Shown: positions 25,603 to 37,984, counted from the first letter of the stretch. The stretch: DNA of 64,000 nt from Octopus sinensis (GCF_006345805.1 NC_043003.1:7750001-7814000); one strand, 5' to 3'. Translations and numbers: made by a program. Notes: generated by a model not told the origin, from the sequence alone.

Positions 25603-25847
25603 ATTCTTCTATTCTTTAACTTGTTTCACTTATTTTGCTGCGGCCATGCTGGAGAACGGTCTTAAAGGATATTAGTCGAAGAAATCGACTCCAGGACTTA
25701 TTCTTTGTAAGCCCAGTACTTATTCTATCAAACTGTTACGCAGAATCGCTAAGTTACGAGGACGTAAACACACCAACATCGGATGTCAGGTGATGGTGGT
25801 GGGACAAACACGACACAAAGACACACACATAAATATATATGCATGTG

Positions 25848-25889
<42 letters not shown>

Positions 25890-25988
25890 TATAATATTAT
25901 ATATACATATACATATATATATATTATACATATATAATATATATATATGTATTTATATATATATATGTGTGGTGTGTGTAGTGTTGTG

Positions 25989-26019
<31 letters not shown>

Positions 26020-26155
26020 TGTGTAAATTTAAAATAATAAGGGTGAAAATTTCTTGGTGGTAGGACCATAGCAGATCTTCTTCTAGCATAATGGATGTCC
26101 ACTTCCAGTCATCACTTTTATATGTTATTGTATATATATATATATATATTATACA

Positions 26156-26224
<69 letters not shown>

Positions 26225-26505
26225 ATCAAAAGGGTGTGTTATTACACTATTCCACACATACAAAACAGCCATACGAACAATCCAACATATCCCCTCACAT
26301 CAGCTGCCCCACGGATATCATTATGGTTTCGACGGGCTTCTATATACGACGGGCATTTTTCAGTTTCCGTTTACCAAATCCACTCACATGGCTTTACTCG
26401 GCCTGAAGCTATGTAGAGGACACTTAGCCAAGGTACCACACAGTGGGATTGAATCCCCCGGAACCATGTTGTTAGAAACAAGCCTCTTAACGCACACCCA
26501 CGCGT
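25603..26505 (-). mobile_element. SINE family A whose internal microsatellite is expanded and holds two foreign fragments
   Basis: 3' half 25603-25830, 5' half 26345-26505; unrelated inserts at ~26025-26130 and ~26225-26340. Confidence 0.8.
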
Positions 26506-26547
26506 GCACCTATATGTGTGTGTGTGTCTGTGTGTGTACAGACATAC

Positions 26548-26598
<51 letters not shown>

Positions 26599-26695
26599 CA
26601 TATACATATTCATATATATATATATACATATATGTATATATATATGTGTGTGTACAGACAGACATACATATATGTATATATATGTATGTATATAT

Positions 26696-29013
26696 TTGAC
26701 CCATTTGACAACATGGATCTCCATAAAACCAACTGGGATGCAATCAGGAACGAGCTATCAAATGTTGACTGGTCCTTTACACATACACACATCTCCACCA
26801 ACCATAAAACATCTTGGCAGATCTTTGTAGACACCGTCACAGACATATGTGCAAAACACTCCCCACCAAGACCTGTGAACAAAAAGTGCAGAATCCCCCA
26901 AAACAGAAAAACCATTATCAGAAAAATAAAAAGAACAAACAAAAATATTAACAAACTAAAGTACTGCCAACAGCAACACACCACATTCGACGGCTATCGC
27001 ACTGCTTGAATCCAAAAAATATAACCTCCAACAATGCGAAGACCCTCATCAATAACCAAAGATCAGCTGAGGAGAAGTGGGCCATTGAAAAAGTCAAACT
27101 CAACCCCAAGTGTTTTTCTTTTGTGCGAGGAAACGCAGGCACTGTCTCCACTGTAGGCCCTCTAATTGACGAAACTGCACTCTCCAAGATAATGCCAAAT
27201 CCATGGCCGAGATACTGCAGAAACAATACTGCTCTGTTTTCAGCAATCCTGATATGGCCGATCTGGGCTGTATCAGTGATGTCAACCCCCAACACACTAT
27301 ATCGGACATAACGTTTAGTGCCCCTGATGTCTTAGCGGCGATAAACGAAATAAAACACAATTCAGCAGTAGGCCCCGATAGATTCCCTGCTTGTGTCCTG
27401 AAGGTGTGTCGACACCAACACTTGCATCTCCCCTTGCTAATCTGTGGAGAAACTCACTGGATGCTGGCTATATTCCAAAAAACCCTTCTGTCCCAGTCTG
27501 TTGTCCCAGTTTTCAAAAAGGGAAAAGTCCCTTGCAGTGAATTACCCGCCCGATCTCACTCACCTCTCATATCACATCAAGGTATTTGAGAGGGTGGTGA
27601 GATCTCGAATAACCCAATTTCTGGAAAGCAACAGACGGCTGATCTCCAACCAACATGGGTTCCGTAATGGAAGGGACTGCCTAACGCAGCTCCTGCATCA
27701 CTTTGAGGACATTTTTGAGAGCTTTGGGAGAGGGCTCCAACAACACCGATGTCATCTACCTTGATTTCAGTAAGGCCTTCGACAGGGTCGATCACAAGAT
27801 CCTATTGAAAAAACTATCCAACATTGGTGTCTCTGGAAAGTTACTGAAATGGATTAAGTGTTTCCTCCTGACAGACAGATCTCAACATGTTGTAGTTTGA
27901 GGGGTAAAATCAAGCCCAGCCAAAGTCAGTAGTGGCGTTCCGCAAGGCACTGTGCTGGGCCCACTTCTTTTCATCATTTACATTAATGACATTAATGACA
28001 TCATCAAGCACAGCAACATAAAATCTTTGCAGATGACTCCAAGCTACAGAAGGTCATAAATGAGGCTGTGACCGGACATGCCTTCAGTCAGATCTACTGG
28101 CTGTTATCCAATGGGCAGAAAAAAACAATATGCTGCTGAACGAGGATAAATTTGAGCTAATCCCTTTGGAAAAGAGGATGCCCTGAAACTCCCATACTCC
28201 CTTCCTTCAGTGAAACTCTCGCGGCGTCCAACAACATCAGAGACTTGGGAGTAATTGTGGACAACAACGTAAGCTGGGCCACTCATATAAACACCAAAGT
28301 TGACATGGCCCGCAGAATGTGTTCCTGGATTCTCAGAACTTTCAGTCGAGAGATATCCACACCATTATCCTTCTCTTCTCCACTTTTTGCCCGACCCCAC
28401 CTTGAATACTGTTGTCCACTGTGGTCCCCCACACAATACAAGGTATCATAAAAGTTGAAGCACCTCAAAGGGCAATCACAAAAAAGATAGATGGCATGAC
28501 AGGCCTCGACTATTGGGGTCGGCTAGAAAAGCTAAAACTCTATTCTCTTCCTCCACGTCGTCGTGAGCGCTACATCATCTGCATGATGTGGAAAATATTC
28601 CATCAGCATTGCCAAATGATGTTTGGGCATCACCTTTAAGGTACATCCAAGGCTTGGGCCCCGTGCCATCCGCCAAACAAAAATTCACTCTCTCAGCTCG
28701 AACACAATAACGGCACAATTATTTCACCTCAATTGGCCCCGCTCTCTTTAACATTACACCAAAACACATTAAAAACAGAACTGACCCTATAGGGTTCAAG
28801 AAGTCTTTGGACAGATTCCTTCAAGAAATCCCCGGATAACCACCCCCCTACCCTGGATATGTCTCTGTAAACAATAACTCTCTACTTGAGTGGGCCATAG
28901 TGCCCCAATTCTGACTTGAAAGACTTCACCAGTGGTGCTATAAGTTAGACATGGCCCTGGGCCAATAATGGCCGAAACCTATCAAAGTATCAAAACAAGT
29001 AAAGTATCAAAGT
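26696..29013 (+). mobile_element. 5'-truncated CR1-clade LINE (reverse transcriptase, many frameshifts)
   Basis: [64 protein letters not shown]; tail of AAAGTATC repeats. Confidence 0.95.
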
Positions 29014-29033
29014 ATGTATATATATATATGAAT

Positions 29034-29078
<45 letters not shown>

Positions 29079-29085
29079 TTGTGTG

Positions 29086-29112
<27 letters not shown>

Positions 29113-29117
<5 letters not shown>

Positions 29118-29380
29118 ACAATTTAGGAATGGCCTGAACAGGCCATTCGTCCACCAGAAGAGCAGCCATAACTCCACCGCCAAGTAGTGTAATCGGAAAT
29201 AAGGTGAAATTTAAAAACATTTACCCTATTCATCTTTATACGATGCTCGTATAAAAGATGAATAGGGTAATGTTTTTAATTTTCACCTTATTTCCGAATT
29301 ACACTACTTGGCGGTTGGAGTTATGGCTGCTCTTTCTGGTGGACGAATGGCCTGTTCAGGCCATTCCTAAATTGTTATAT
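29113..29380. repeat. ~268-bp near-perfect palindrome in (TA)n
   Basis: Arms fold about TATACGA-TGC-TCGTATA (loop 29244-29246). Confidence 0.95.
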
Positions 29381-29677
29381 TTATACATATTTAGTCTTTG
29401 ACTATTTTCTCTTTTCCATTAGGCCGCTGGTAGCGATAAATTTTTACTGAATTTTTGCTACCCTAAATTGATTATATATATAATATATATATATATTATA
29501 TATAGGTGGTTATATTTTATTACCTTTGTAAAGCTATTAGAATAAGGGAAACCTGGCAGTAATCGAACCACATTTAAATTACGCTCTCTTAAAGTTATGT
29601 AACATCCACACACAGAAACACACACACGCGCGCACACACACAAACATACATACATACATATATATGCATATAATATA

Positions 29678-29984
29678 TCACGTGATCACGTGACCGACCA
29701 ACCTCAGATGTTGCTACACATCGCTGGTCACAATGCGTTCGCATTGTTTTAGGTTTAGCCTTCGAATGACGCCACCCCGCTGGCTAAGCGAGCAGGCCAC
29801 AAAGAAAGAGTGGGAGAAAGAGTGGTGAAAGAGTACAGAGGTCCCACCACCACCCCCTGCCGGAGCCTCATGGATCTTTTAGGTGTTTTCGCTCAATAAA
29901 CACTCACAACGCCCGGTCTGGAATCGAAACCGCGATCCTATGACCGGAGTCCGCTGCCCTAACCACTGGGCATTGCGCCTCCAC
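29678..29984 (-). mobile_element. SINE family B (tRNA-Arg-like head)
   Basis: Reverse complement of 35517-35820; ends in TCACGTGA repeats. Confidence 0.9.
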
Positions 29985-30049
29985 ACACACCCACACCACA
30001 CACACACATATATATATATATAATGTATGTATGTATGTATGTATGTATG

Positions 30050-30092
<43 letters not shown>

Positions 30093-30589
30093 TTATATAT
30101 GTATATTTTATACTATATAAAATATATGTATGTATGTGTATATATATATAGAGAGAGAGACAGACAGACAGACAAATCAGAGGGATAGAGACAGAGAGAA
30201 AGTATAATGTGGGGCAAGAGGCGCAACATACGTAAAACGGAAAAAAACATACAATGGACATGGACAAACTTCATCCCTCATCAGTTATCGACCAGAACCG
30301 TCACAATTCTCGTGTGTATGTATGTGTGTGCGTTGTGAGTGTGTTAGTGAGTGTGTGTAGAGCTTTCGTTGAACATTTACTGCAAAGAAGTATCCATTTA
30401 TTTCACCAGAATTCACCGTTGCTGTCCACCTCTGACCACAGAGCATTCAAATTGACAACAGCGACAACAGACGCCAGAGCTGGAAACGTTTAATAAACAT
30501 CCACTTCACTGCAAAGGAATCAGTAAGGCTTCGGCGTAATGATAAAATGTTTTTTTTATTGTATTTAACTTAACATAATAAACAAACGC

Positions 30590-30622
30590 ACACACACACA
30601 CACACACACAAACGCACACACA

Positions 30623-30670
<48 letters not shown>

Positions 30671-30678
30671 ACACACAC
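30590..30678. repeat. (CA)n microsatellite
   Basis: Direct reading. Confidence 0.95.
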
Positions 30679-31082
30679 ATGCCAGCCAAGATGAGTTAAA
30701 AATTGTCTAAGGTCGTAAGTCGCCCGCTGTTTTTGTCCTGCTTACCATTCTTGTTTTTTATTTCTAATTTTTGTTTCTTGTATTTATATTCGTGTGGCAT
30801 CCTGTCTTTGTTTCGTATACATTCGATCCTCTTTCCAGGAGATCTAATGCCTGTGGCTTAGTTTTTTCCTTGGGGCTGGCCGTTTTCGGAGTGATATCGA
30901 GATTAAACAGCCGAAATTGCTAAGATGATCCGGTTCCGACTGAGATTAGAGGCTTCGAGTGACCCGTCCTGTTTTTTTTGTGTCGTATCTTGTGTGTGTT
31001 TTTTGCGTTCTTTGTCCCACTTTGTAATTTATATTTTATATTTAATTTCTACACACACACACACATACACACATATATATAT

Positions 31083-31352
31083 AGGCGTAGGAGTGGCACT
31101 GTGGTAAGTAGCTTGCTTACTAACCACATGGTTCCGGATTCAGTCGCACTGTGTGACAACTTGGGTAAGTGTCTCCTACTATAGCCTCGGGCCAACCAAA
31201 ACCTTGTGAGTGGATTTGGTAGACGAAAACTGAAAGAAACCTGTCGTATATATACTAGGCTTACAAAGAATAACTCCTGGGGTGATTTGCTCGACTAAAA
31301 GCGGTGCTCCAGCATGGCCGCAGTCAAATGACTGAAACAAGTAAAAGAGTAA
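31083..31352 (+). mobile_element. SINE family A, internally deleted
   Basis: Head joined through TATATA directly to CTAGGCTTACAAAGAATAA...GACTGAAACAAGTAAAAGAG. Confidence 0.88.
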
Positions 31353-31599
31353 GAAATAATACCTTGACATCCTTGTTACATATTTGCTTCCACCATATAC
31401 ATATATATTCATATGTTTATAGAATAAGGAGAAAATGGAGAGGTAATTGATAAAACTATTTATTAATTAATTATAAAATATGACATCTCTGACAGCTGTT
31501 TCGATTCAAAAATTCTTAGATAATTAATTTATATAATTAAAATCATTATAAAGAATGTGTACACACACACACACACCACTTATATATATATATATATAT

Positions 31600-31812
31600 A
31601 GGCGCAGGAGTGGCTGTGTGGTAAGTAGCTTGCTAACCAACCACATGGTTCCGGGTTCAGTCCCACTGCGTGGCATCTTGGGCAAGTGTCTTCTGCTATA
31701 GCCCCGGGCCGACCAATACCTTGTGAGTGGATTTGGTAGACGGAAACTGAAAGAAGCCTGTCGTATATATGTATATATATATATAAGTGTGTGTGTAAAG
31801 AGTAAAGAGTAT
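31600..31812 (+). mobile_element. SINE family A, well-preserved 5' half
   Basis: GGCGCAGGAGTGGCTGTGTGGTAAG...GGGTTCAGTCCC...CTTGGGCAAGTGTC (CORE-like). Confidence 0.9.
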
Positions 31813-31814
31813 AT

Positions 31815-34625
31815 ATCGCACAGACCGAAATAAGGGAGGGGCAGCCATCTTTATCCATGACTCCTTTTCACTTGATGCCAAGGACATATTTTCCAATGGC
31901 TATTGTGAATCTGTATCACTATTCAGCAAGGCCCAGAGCATAATCATTGTTGGTCTTTACAGGCTTCCCCAAGCACCTCTAAAGTGCTTTGAAGAGTGCC
32001 TTAGCAAAGTCAAGTCTTTCCTTCGAAAGTACAACTCCGGAACATACTAGTGATGGTTTTTTAACCACCTCCCTCACGTGAACTGGCCCACAATACTCTG
32101 AAGTTAGGCAAATGCTCTACATCAGATAGAGCACAGCAGAACTGCTCTTTAATCTAATGGATGAATACTTCCTGACTCAGCTAGTGCTCGAAACACGAGA
32201 CAGAATAAAACGATCTTGGATCTGGTATTGAACAATCACTCTAGCTTCGTTCACAGTATTTTAGTTGAAAAACTCTCCTCTCAGACCACGACATGGTACT
32301 CTGCATTTTAATTCCCGACATATAAAAACCAAACCAGCCAATCCCACTCCATGGCACTCATTTGACACACATAACTTCTGAGGAGCAATCAGAAAGGATC
32401 TGTCTTTCATCGACTGGTCTTTTACTCTCAATTCCACCCATATTGAGACCGCATGGCAGCACTTTGAAAACATTGTCACCTATACATGCTCTAAACAAAA
32501 CGCTCTCCACGAAATCTACTAACACAAACAGAAATCGGCTCCCTAAAAAGAAAAAAACACTCATCAGGCGCATCAAAAGACTAACAAAAAATCAACCAAT
32601 TAAAACATTCCCACATACAACATCCACATTCAACCCTGAAAAGGCTAGAGCTGGAAAAACTTCATCTGCAGAACGACATGAAAACCTCCATTGAAAATCA
32701 AAGAGCTGTGGAGAAACAGTGGGTAATCAAAACATCAAACATAACCCAAAAGTGTTCTATTCTATCAATATGCATAGAACCATAGAACTCACGTCTCACC
32801 CTTGGGCCATTGATTGATGATAACGGCATTCCCCAACACGATGCTAAAGAAAGGCAGAAATACTGCAGAAACAATACTGCTGCTCTGTCTTTAGTGTTCC
32901 ACTGATATGACGTAAGAGAACGACGAAGTTTGACTCCAACATAAAATCTCAGACATAACATTCACTGCCACTGACATCATAGCAGCAACAAAGAGGTCAA
33001 ATACTACTCTGCTGTAGGCCCTGTAGATTCCCCCTAGTCTCCTGAAGGAATGTCCATACCAACTTGCAGTCCCTCTGACCAACCTCCGGAGAATTCGTTA
33101 GACGCAGGTTATATACCGAAACAGTTTCTATCCCAGTCAGTCATCCCATTTTCAAACAGGGAAACAGATCCCTCGCACTCAACTATCGCCCAATCTCACT
33201 CACCTCCTCCACATCATAAAGTGTTTGAAAGAGTGTTAAGATCAAGGATAGCTGACTTCCTGGAGACCCACAAACTCCCTAAATGCAAATCAGCATGGCT
33301 TTCGCTGTGGCAGGGGACTGTCTAACACAGCTCTTACACCACATTGAAGATGTACTCAAAGCCTTGGGAACAGGTTCGAACTCTGATGTCATATATCTTA
33401 ACTTCAGTAAAGTGTTCGACAGGGTAGATCATAATATCCTACTCTCAAAATTGCCAAATGTTGGAATCCGTAGAAAAGTTCTACACTGGATTAAGTATTT
33501 CCTGGCGAATAGAACACAACATGTTGTAGTTGATGGAGTTCACTCAAGCCCAGCAAAAGTCACCAGCGGTGTCCCCCAGGGAACTGTCTTGGGTCCGCTA
33601 CTCTTCATAATTTACATAAACGACCTTTCCAGTGTCGTACATTACTGCAAGTGAAAATATTTGCTGATGACACTAAGCTCCAGCAAATCGTCAATGAGAA
33701 GCAGACCGAACTCAACTCCAGTCTGATCTATATGCTGTGAGTCCATGGGCAGACAGAAACAAAATGCAACTGAACGAGGGAAAATTTGAGCTGAGCATTT
33801 GTGGAAGACATTCCTCACTAAAACAGCCATACTCTCTTCCTTCAGGGGAACCGCTCACAGCCTCTAACAATCAGAGACCTGGGTGTAATTGTTGATGACG
33901 ATCTCAGTTGGCGTGCACACATCAACAAGAGGTCGATATAGCTCGTAGGATGAGTTTCCTGGATCTAAGAACTTTCCGGTCTAGAAACAAGGTGTCATCA
34001 TACCACTTTTCTCCTCCTTTGTACGGCCACACCTCAAATACTGCTGCCTACAGTGGTTCTCCTCATACAAGACAAAACATCTCTTGAATCACCCCAGGGC
34101 ACTCACTAAACGAATTGAGGCATGGTGCTGCTCGATTACTGGGATCGCCTTAAAGCCTGAAACTCTACTCTCTCCAGCGTCGCCGTGAGCGGTACATCAT
34201 ATGTACGATGTGGAGAATATACCGCCAACTTTGCCCAAACGACCTGAACATTAGCTTCAAGGTTCATCCAAGACTGGACCACGGGTCATACGTCCCCTGC
34301 CCAATTCAAGATCACATCATACATGTACACTGCAACAATAATCTTTTCCTCAACAGGCCCTGCCCTATTTAACATTGTCCCGAAAGAGATCAAAGAGGAA
34401 AAGGATCCCATCAACTTTAACGGAGTCTGGATAGATACCTTCAAGGAATACCAGATAAGCCACCCATAATTGGATACAACTCACCAACAAAAACTCACTA
34501 CTTGAATGGACCATAAACAAAACTTGACTTAAACAGGATTCAAATAATCCTATCAGGTGGTGCTATTAAGTTAGACATGGCCTGGACCAATCTTTGATCG
34601 AAACATATCTAACTTTATCTAAGTT

Positions 34626-34626
<1 letters not shown>
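31815..34626 (+). mobile_element. CR1-clade LINE, second subfamily (partial APE endonuclease plus RT, frameshifted)
   Basis: IVGLYR and LDLVL endonuclease motifs; [50 protein letters not shown]; tail AACTTTATCT/AAGTTTAT. Confidence 0.93.
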
Positions 34627-34690
<64 letters not shown>

Positions 34691-34795
34691 AATAAATATT
34701 TTATTTTATAAAATCATTGAAATAACGGCTATAACCGTTAATTCATATGTTATAATTAATAATGTTATGAATTACCTCTCAATTTTCGCCTTATT

Positions 34796-34844
<49 letters not shown>

Positions 34845-34847
<3 letters not shown>

Positions 34848-35050
34848 ATGAAAGAATGGAGTTGAACGACGAATTAACAAAATTCCTTTATTTTCGACAT
34901 ATGTTTCGAAGGCTGCATATTCCTAATTGCGAAGGAATAGGAGTATATTATGCCTTATAATATACCCTATTCCTTCGCAATTAGGAATATGAAGCCTTCG
35001 AAAATTAAAGAATTTTGTTAATTCGTCGTTCAACTCCATTCTTTCATATA
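34845..35050. repeat. ~205-bp palindrome in (TA)n with a Penelope-type CGAAACATATGTCG motif in one arm
   Basis: TATATGAAAGAATGGAGTTGAACGACG... pairs with ...CGTCGTTCAACTCCATTCTTTCATATA; centre ~34954. Confidence 0.9.
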
Positions 35051-35184
35051 TTATTATTTAAAAAAAAACATTCAATTTCCACACGAAAGCACGTAACTTC
35101 AAAGTGTCTTCTCTGATGTGAATTTGCTACCCAGGTATCGGTTAACCGAATTATCCTTAACAGATAATTCATTCAACTACTCAA

Positions 35185-35215
<31 letters not shown>

Positions 35216-35249
35216 ATATATATATATATGAACTACGGTTTATATTGTT

Positions 35250-35470
35250 AGCTTATAGTTGAACTTTCTCTAGATTGGTAACTCACCAGGATTTTCATTG
35301 GATTTATGAACCTACCTCACAGCAAGAGGTGCAAATGAGAGTAGCTGTATCAAACTCCATTCTTCACCAAGTGCCACATATTAGACGAGGTTCGTCGCAA
35401 TAACAGTGTAGCACAAAACGGCGGTGCATCAGCATGGCCGCAGCTCTGAGCTGAAACTAAAAAGAAAATA
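35250..35470 (+). mobile_element. Probable RTE-type LINE 3' end sharing the SINE A tail motif
   Basis: Ends GGCGGTGCATCAGCATGGCCGCAGCTCTGAGCTGAAACTAAAAAG but has a non-SINE body; similar arrangement at ~10550-10735. Confidence 0.55.
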
Positions 35471-35474
35471 TATA

Positions 35475-35516
<42 letters not shown>

Positions 35517-35518
<2 letters not shown>

Positions 35519-35821
35519 AGGCGCAATGGGCCAGTGGTTAGGGCAGCGGACTCGCGGTCGTAGGATCGCGGTTTCGATTCCCAGACCGGGCGTTGTGAGT
35601 GTTTATTCAGCGAAAACACCTAAAAGCTCCACGAGGCTCCGGCAGGGGGTGGTGAACCCTGCTGTACTCTTTCACCACTCTTTCTCTCACTCTTTCTTCT
35701 GTTGGCCTGCTCGCTTAGCCAGCGGGGTGGCGTCATTCGAAGGCTAAAACAATGTGAACGCATTGTGACCAGTGATGTGTAACTACATCTGATGGACTGG
35801 TCGGTCACGTGATCACGTGAT
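35517..35821 (+). mobile_element. SINE family B, full length
   Basis: GGAGGCGCAATGGGCCAGTGGTTAGGGCAGCGGACTCGCGG...GGTTTCGATTCCC head; tail GGTCACGTGATCACGTGA. Confidence 0.92.
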
Positions 35822-35836
35822 ATATATATAAATATA

Positions 35837-37660
35837 CTAGCAGAGATACCCGGCGTTGCCCGGTTACATTCAATTGAAGAATTAGACTTTTCTGTTATAT
35901 TTTCTCTAATGAACTGGAATATCTATGTTTCGAATTTCATCAAACTTGCAGATGAGGGTTATTTCCCTCTTTACACACCCTAAAAAAATTGCAGTCGTGC
36001 CACATGTATCCCATATGCGCATATTCCAAAATTCCAGTCTTATTGAACCTGTTAAAAATATTTTGCTCCTGAAAAATGGAGGTCATGGAGCTCTAAAATG
36101 TGAGAGTTAAGGCCCCTGTTGGGGGTGGGCATCTTAATGTCAACCAGAGAAGTTTAATTGTTGAGAATCTTTGTTACTTGGGTCTTATATCTATTGTTTG
36201 AATTTCTTTGAAATAGGAAATATATGTTCACTGGGTTTGTAAAAGAGAGCAAAACTACAGGAAACCAAAAGACGAATGATCACAATAAGCAGTCAGTTAC
36301 CCAACCCTAGTCTTTACCACTCCCAATGTAGGATTCCTCACCATCGAGGTGACAGGCACAGCCGTAAGATGCATTACGAATCTATAACAATTGGAAGGGC
36401 GTGACCCAACTGAAATAAACATTAACAACTGTGTAACGTGAGGGCTTAGGAGAAATTAAACTGTCACCTCTGGAGTTTGCAAATGACCACTATGCTGATA
36501 CGTAACTGGACAGAATAAATTTACAATCTATAAATGTCTTTGAATAACCAGTCACTCATCTGGGAAGGCCTTAAAATCAATGTTACCATCTGGGGACTAT
36601 GTGTGACCGAGTGATAATAAAAAGACTGAAAGGAGGTCTGCAATCAAACAACTTTACTCAACACTTTGCAACTGAATCAGTGGAGGCAAAGATGCCTCTC
36701 ATTTACTTAACAATTTATGCAGCACATTGCAGAAATCACAGTGTAAGTGTGTGTCAAAGCAAACTGTTACACTGTTGTACCATTGAATTAGAAATAATGC
36801 CCAACTTTTATGCTCGGGTAACCCTACAGCTTCTAAGAGCACAACTGTATTCGTTTTTGCTTAGATAAAATGACAAAATTGTGGGTGTTAAGTCCCCATG
36901 GAGGGGTCTTTCTAACTTTGTAAGAAGATGAAATTTTATAAATATTACTTCATTTGTGTCTAATATCTATGGTTAAAATTTCATCAACAGCGAAAATATA
37001 TGAATTGTCATAGGGGTTATGGCCCTAATGCTTAGAATATAATTTCCAAATTGGTAATATTGATGTTGCAGGCATACATGTCCCTTTTGCAAACATCCTT
37101 GTATCGTAAGAACGGTCTTCCCACAAACCTAGTGCACCTAACAAGCTCTCTGTTGAATATTTCCTTGGGGATTCTGCCATCTTCCATACGGCTAACATGT
37201 CCAAGCCATCTCATACGTCTTTGTGTGAGGAGTGCAAACATGCTTGGTATTCCTGCTTGCTTGAGGACATCTTTGATGGGGACATGATTCTGCCATTTGA
37301 TGCGAAGGATTTTCCGGAGACAGCGCAGGTGAAAGATATTTAGGCGACGTATGGCGTCGTATGGCGTGTGTATGGCGTCCAAGTCTCACTTCCATACAGT
37401 AGAGTGCTAAGTACACATGCCTGGTAAATCTTCATTTTTTGGTCTTGGTCAGCTTATTGATGTCCCATGCCCGTTTGGAGAGTTGGGCCATCACAGCAGC
37501 TGCCAATGAGCTCAGAACAGAACAGAACAGAACAGAACAGAACAGAACAAAACAAAACAAAACAAAACAAAACAAAACAAAATTTGAATGAAATTGGTTG
37601 TGTAGTTCTCAAGTTTTAGAGATTCACACAAACAGACATACATCCTCAGTTTTATATATA
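35837..37660 (-). mobile_element. ~1.8-kb Helitron-like element with internal cargo
   Basis: 3' hairpin CCGGGCAACGCCGG plus CTAG|T at 35837; Helitron-style 5' end TATATATAAAACTGAGGATGTATGTCTGTTTGTGTG at ~37660. That both ends belong to one element is inferred. Confidence 0.6.
37032..37505 (-). pseudogene. RTE-clade LINE ORF2 C-terminal fragment
   Basis: RLNIFHLRCLRKILRIKWQ...RRMRWLGHVSRMEDGRIPKEI...GRPFLRYKDVCKRDM. Confidence 0.93.
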
Positions 37661-37918
37661 TATATATACACACACACATAATAATATGAGGGAATATAAT
37701 TCCAAACTTACAGGGAAAAGTTCAATTTAGAAACACTAATTCAAATTTCACGTAATATAATGTTTATATATATATATAAATTAGAAAAAACCTTTTGTCA
37801 ATTCAATAATGAAAAATTAAATTATACCACCCAGAAAATCACACATTATAGAAAGATTAAATATAAGATATAAACATATAACGATGACTAAGTAATGTAC
37901 AAAATAATAAATAAAACG

Positions 37919-37984
<66 letters not shown>

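Noticed and set aside
26518-28639. LINE ORF fragments as host genes
   Set aside because: They are frameshifted pieces of one CR1 ORF2.
35517-35590. tRNA-Arg gene (also at 29910 and 46326)
   Set aside because: No proper acceptor stem and it continues into a SINE body present in several copies.
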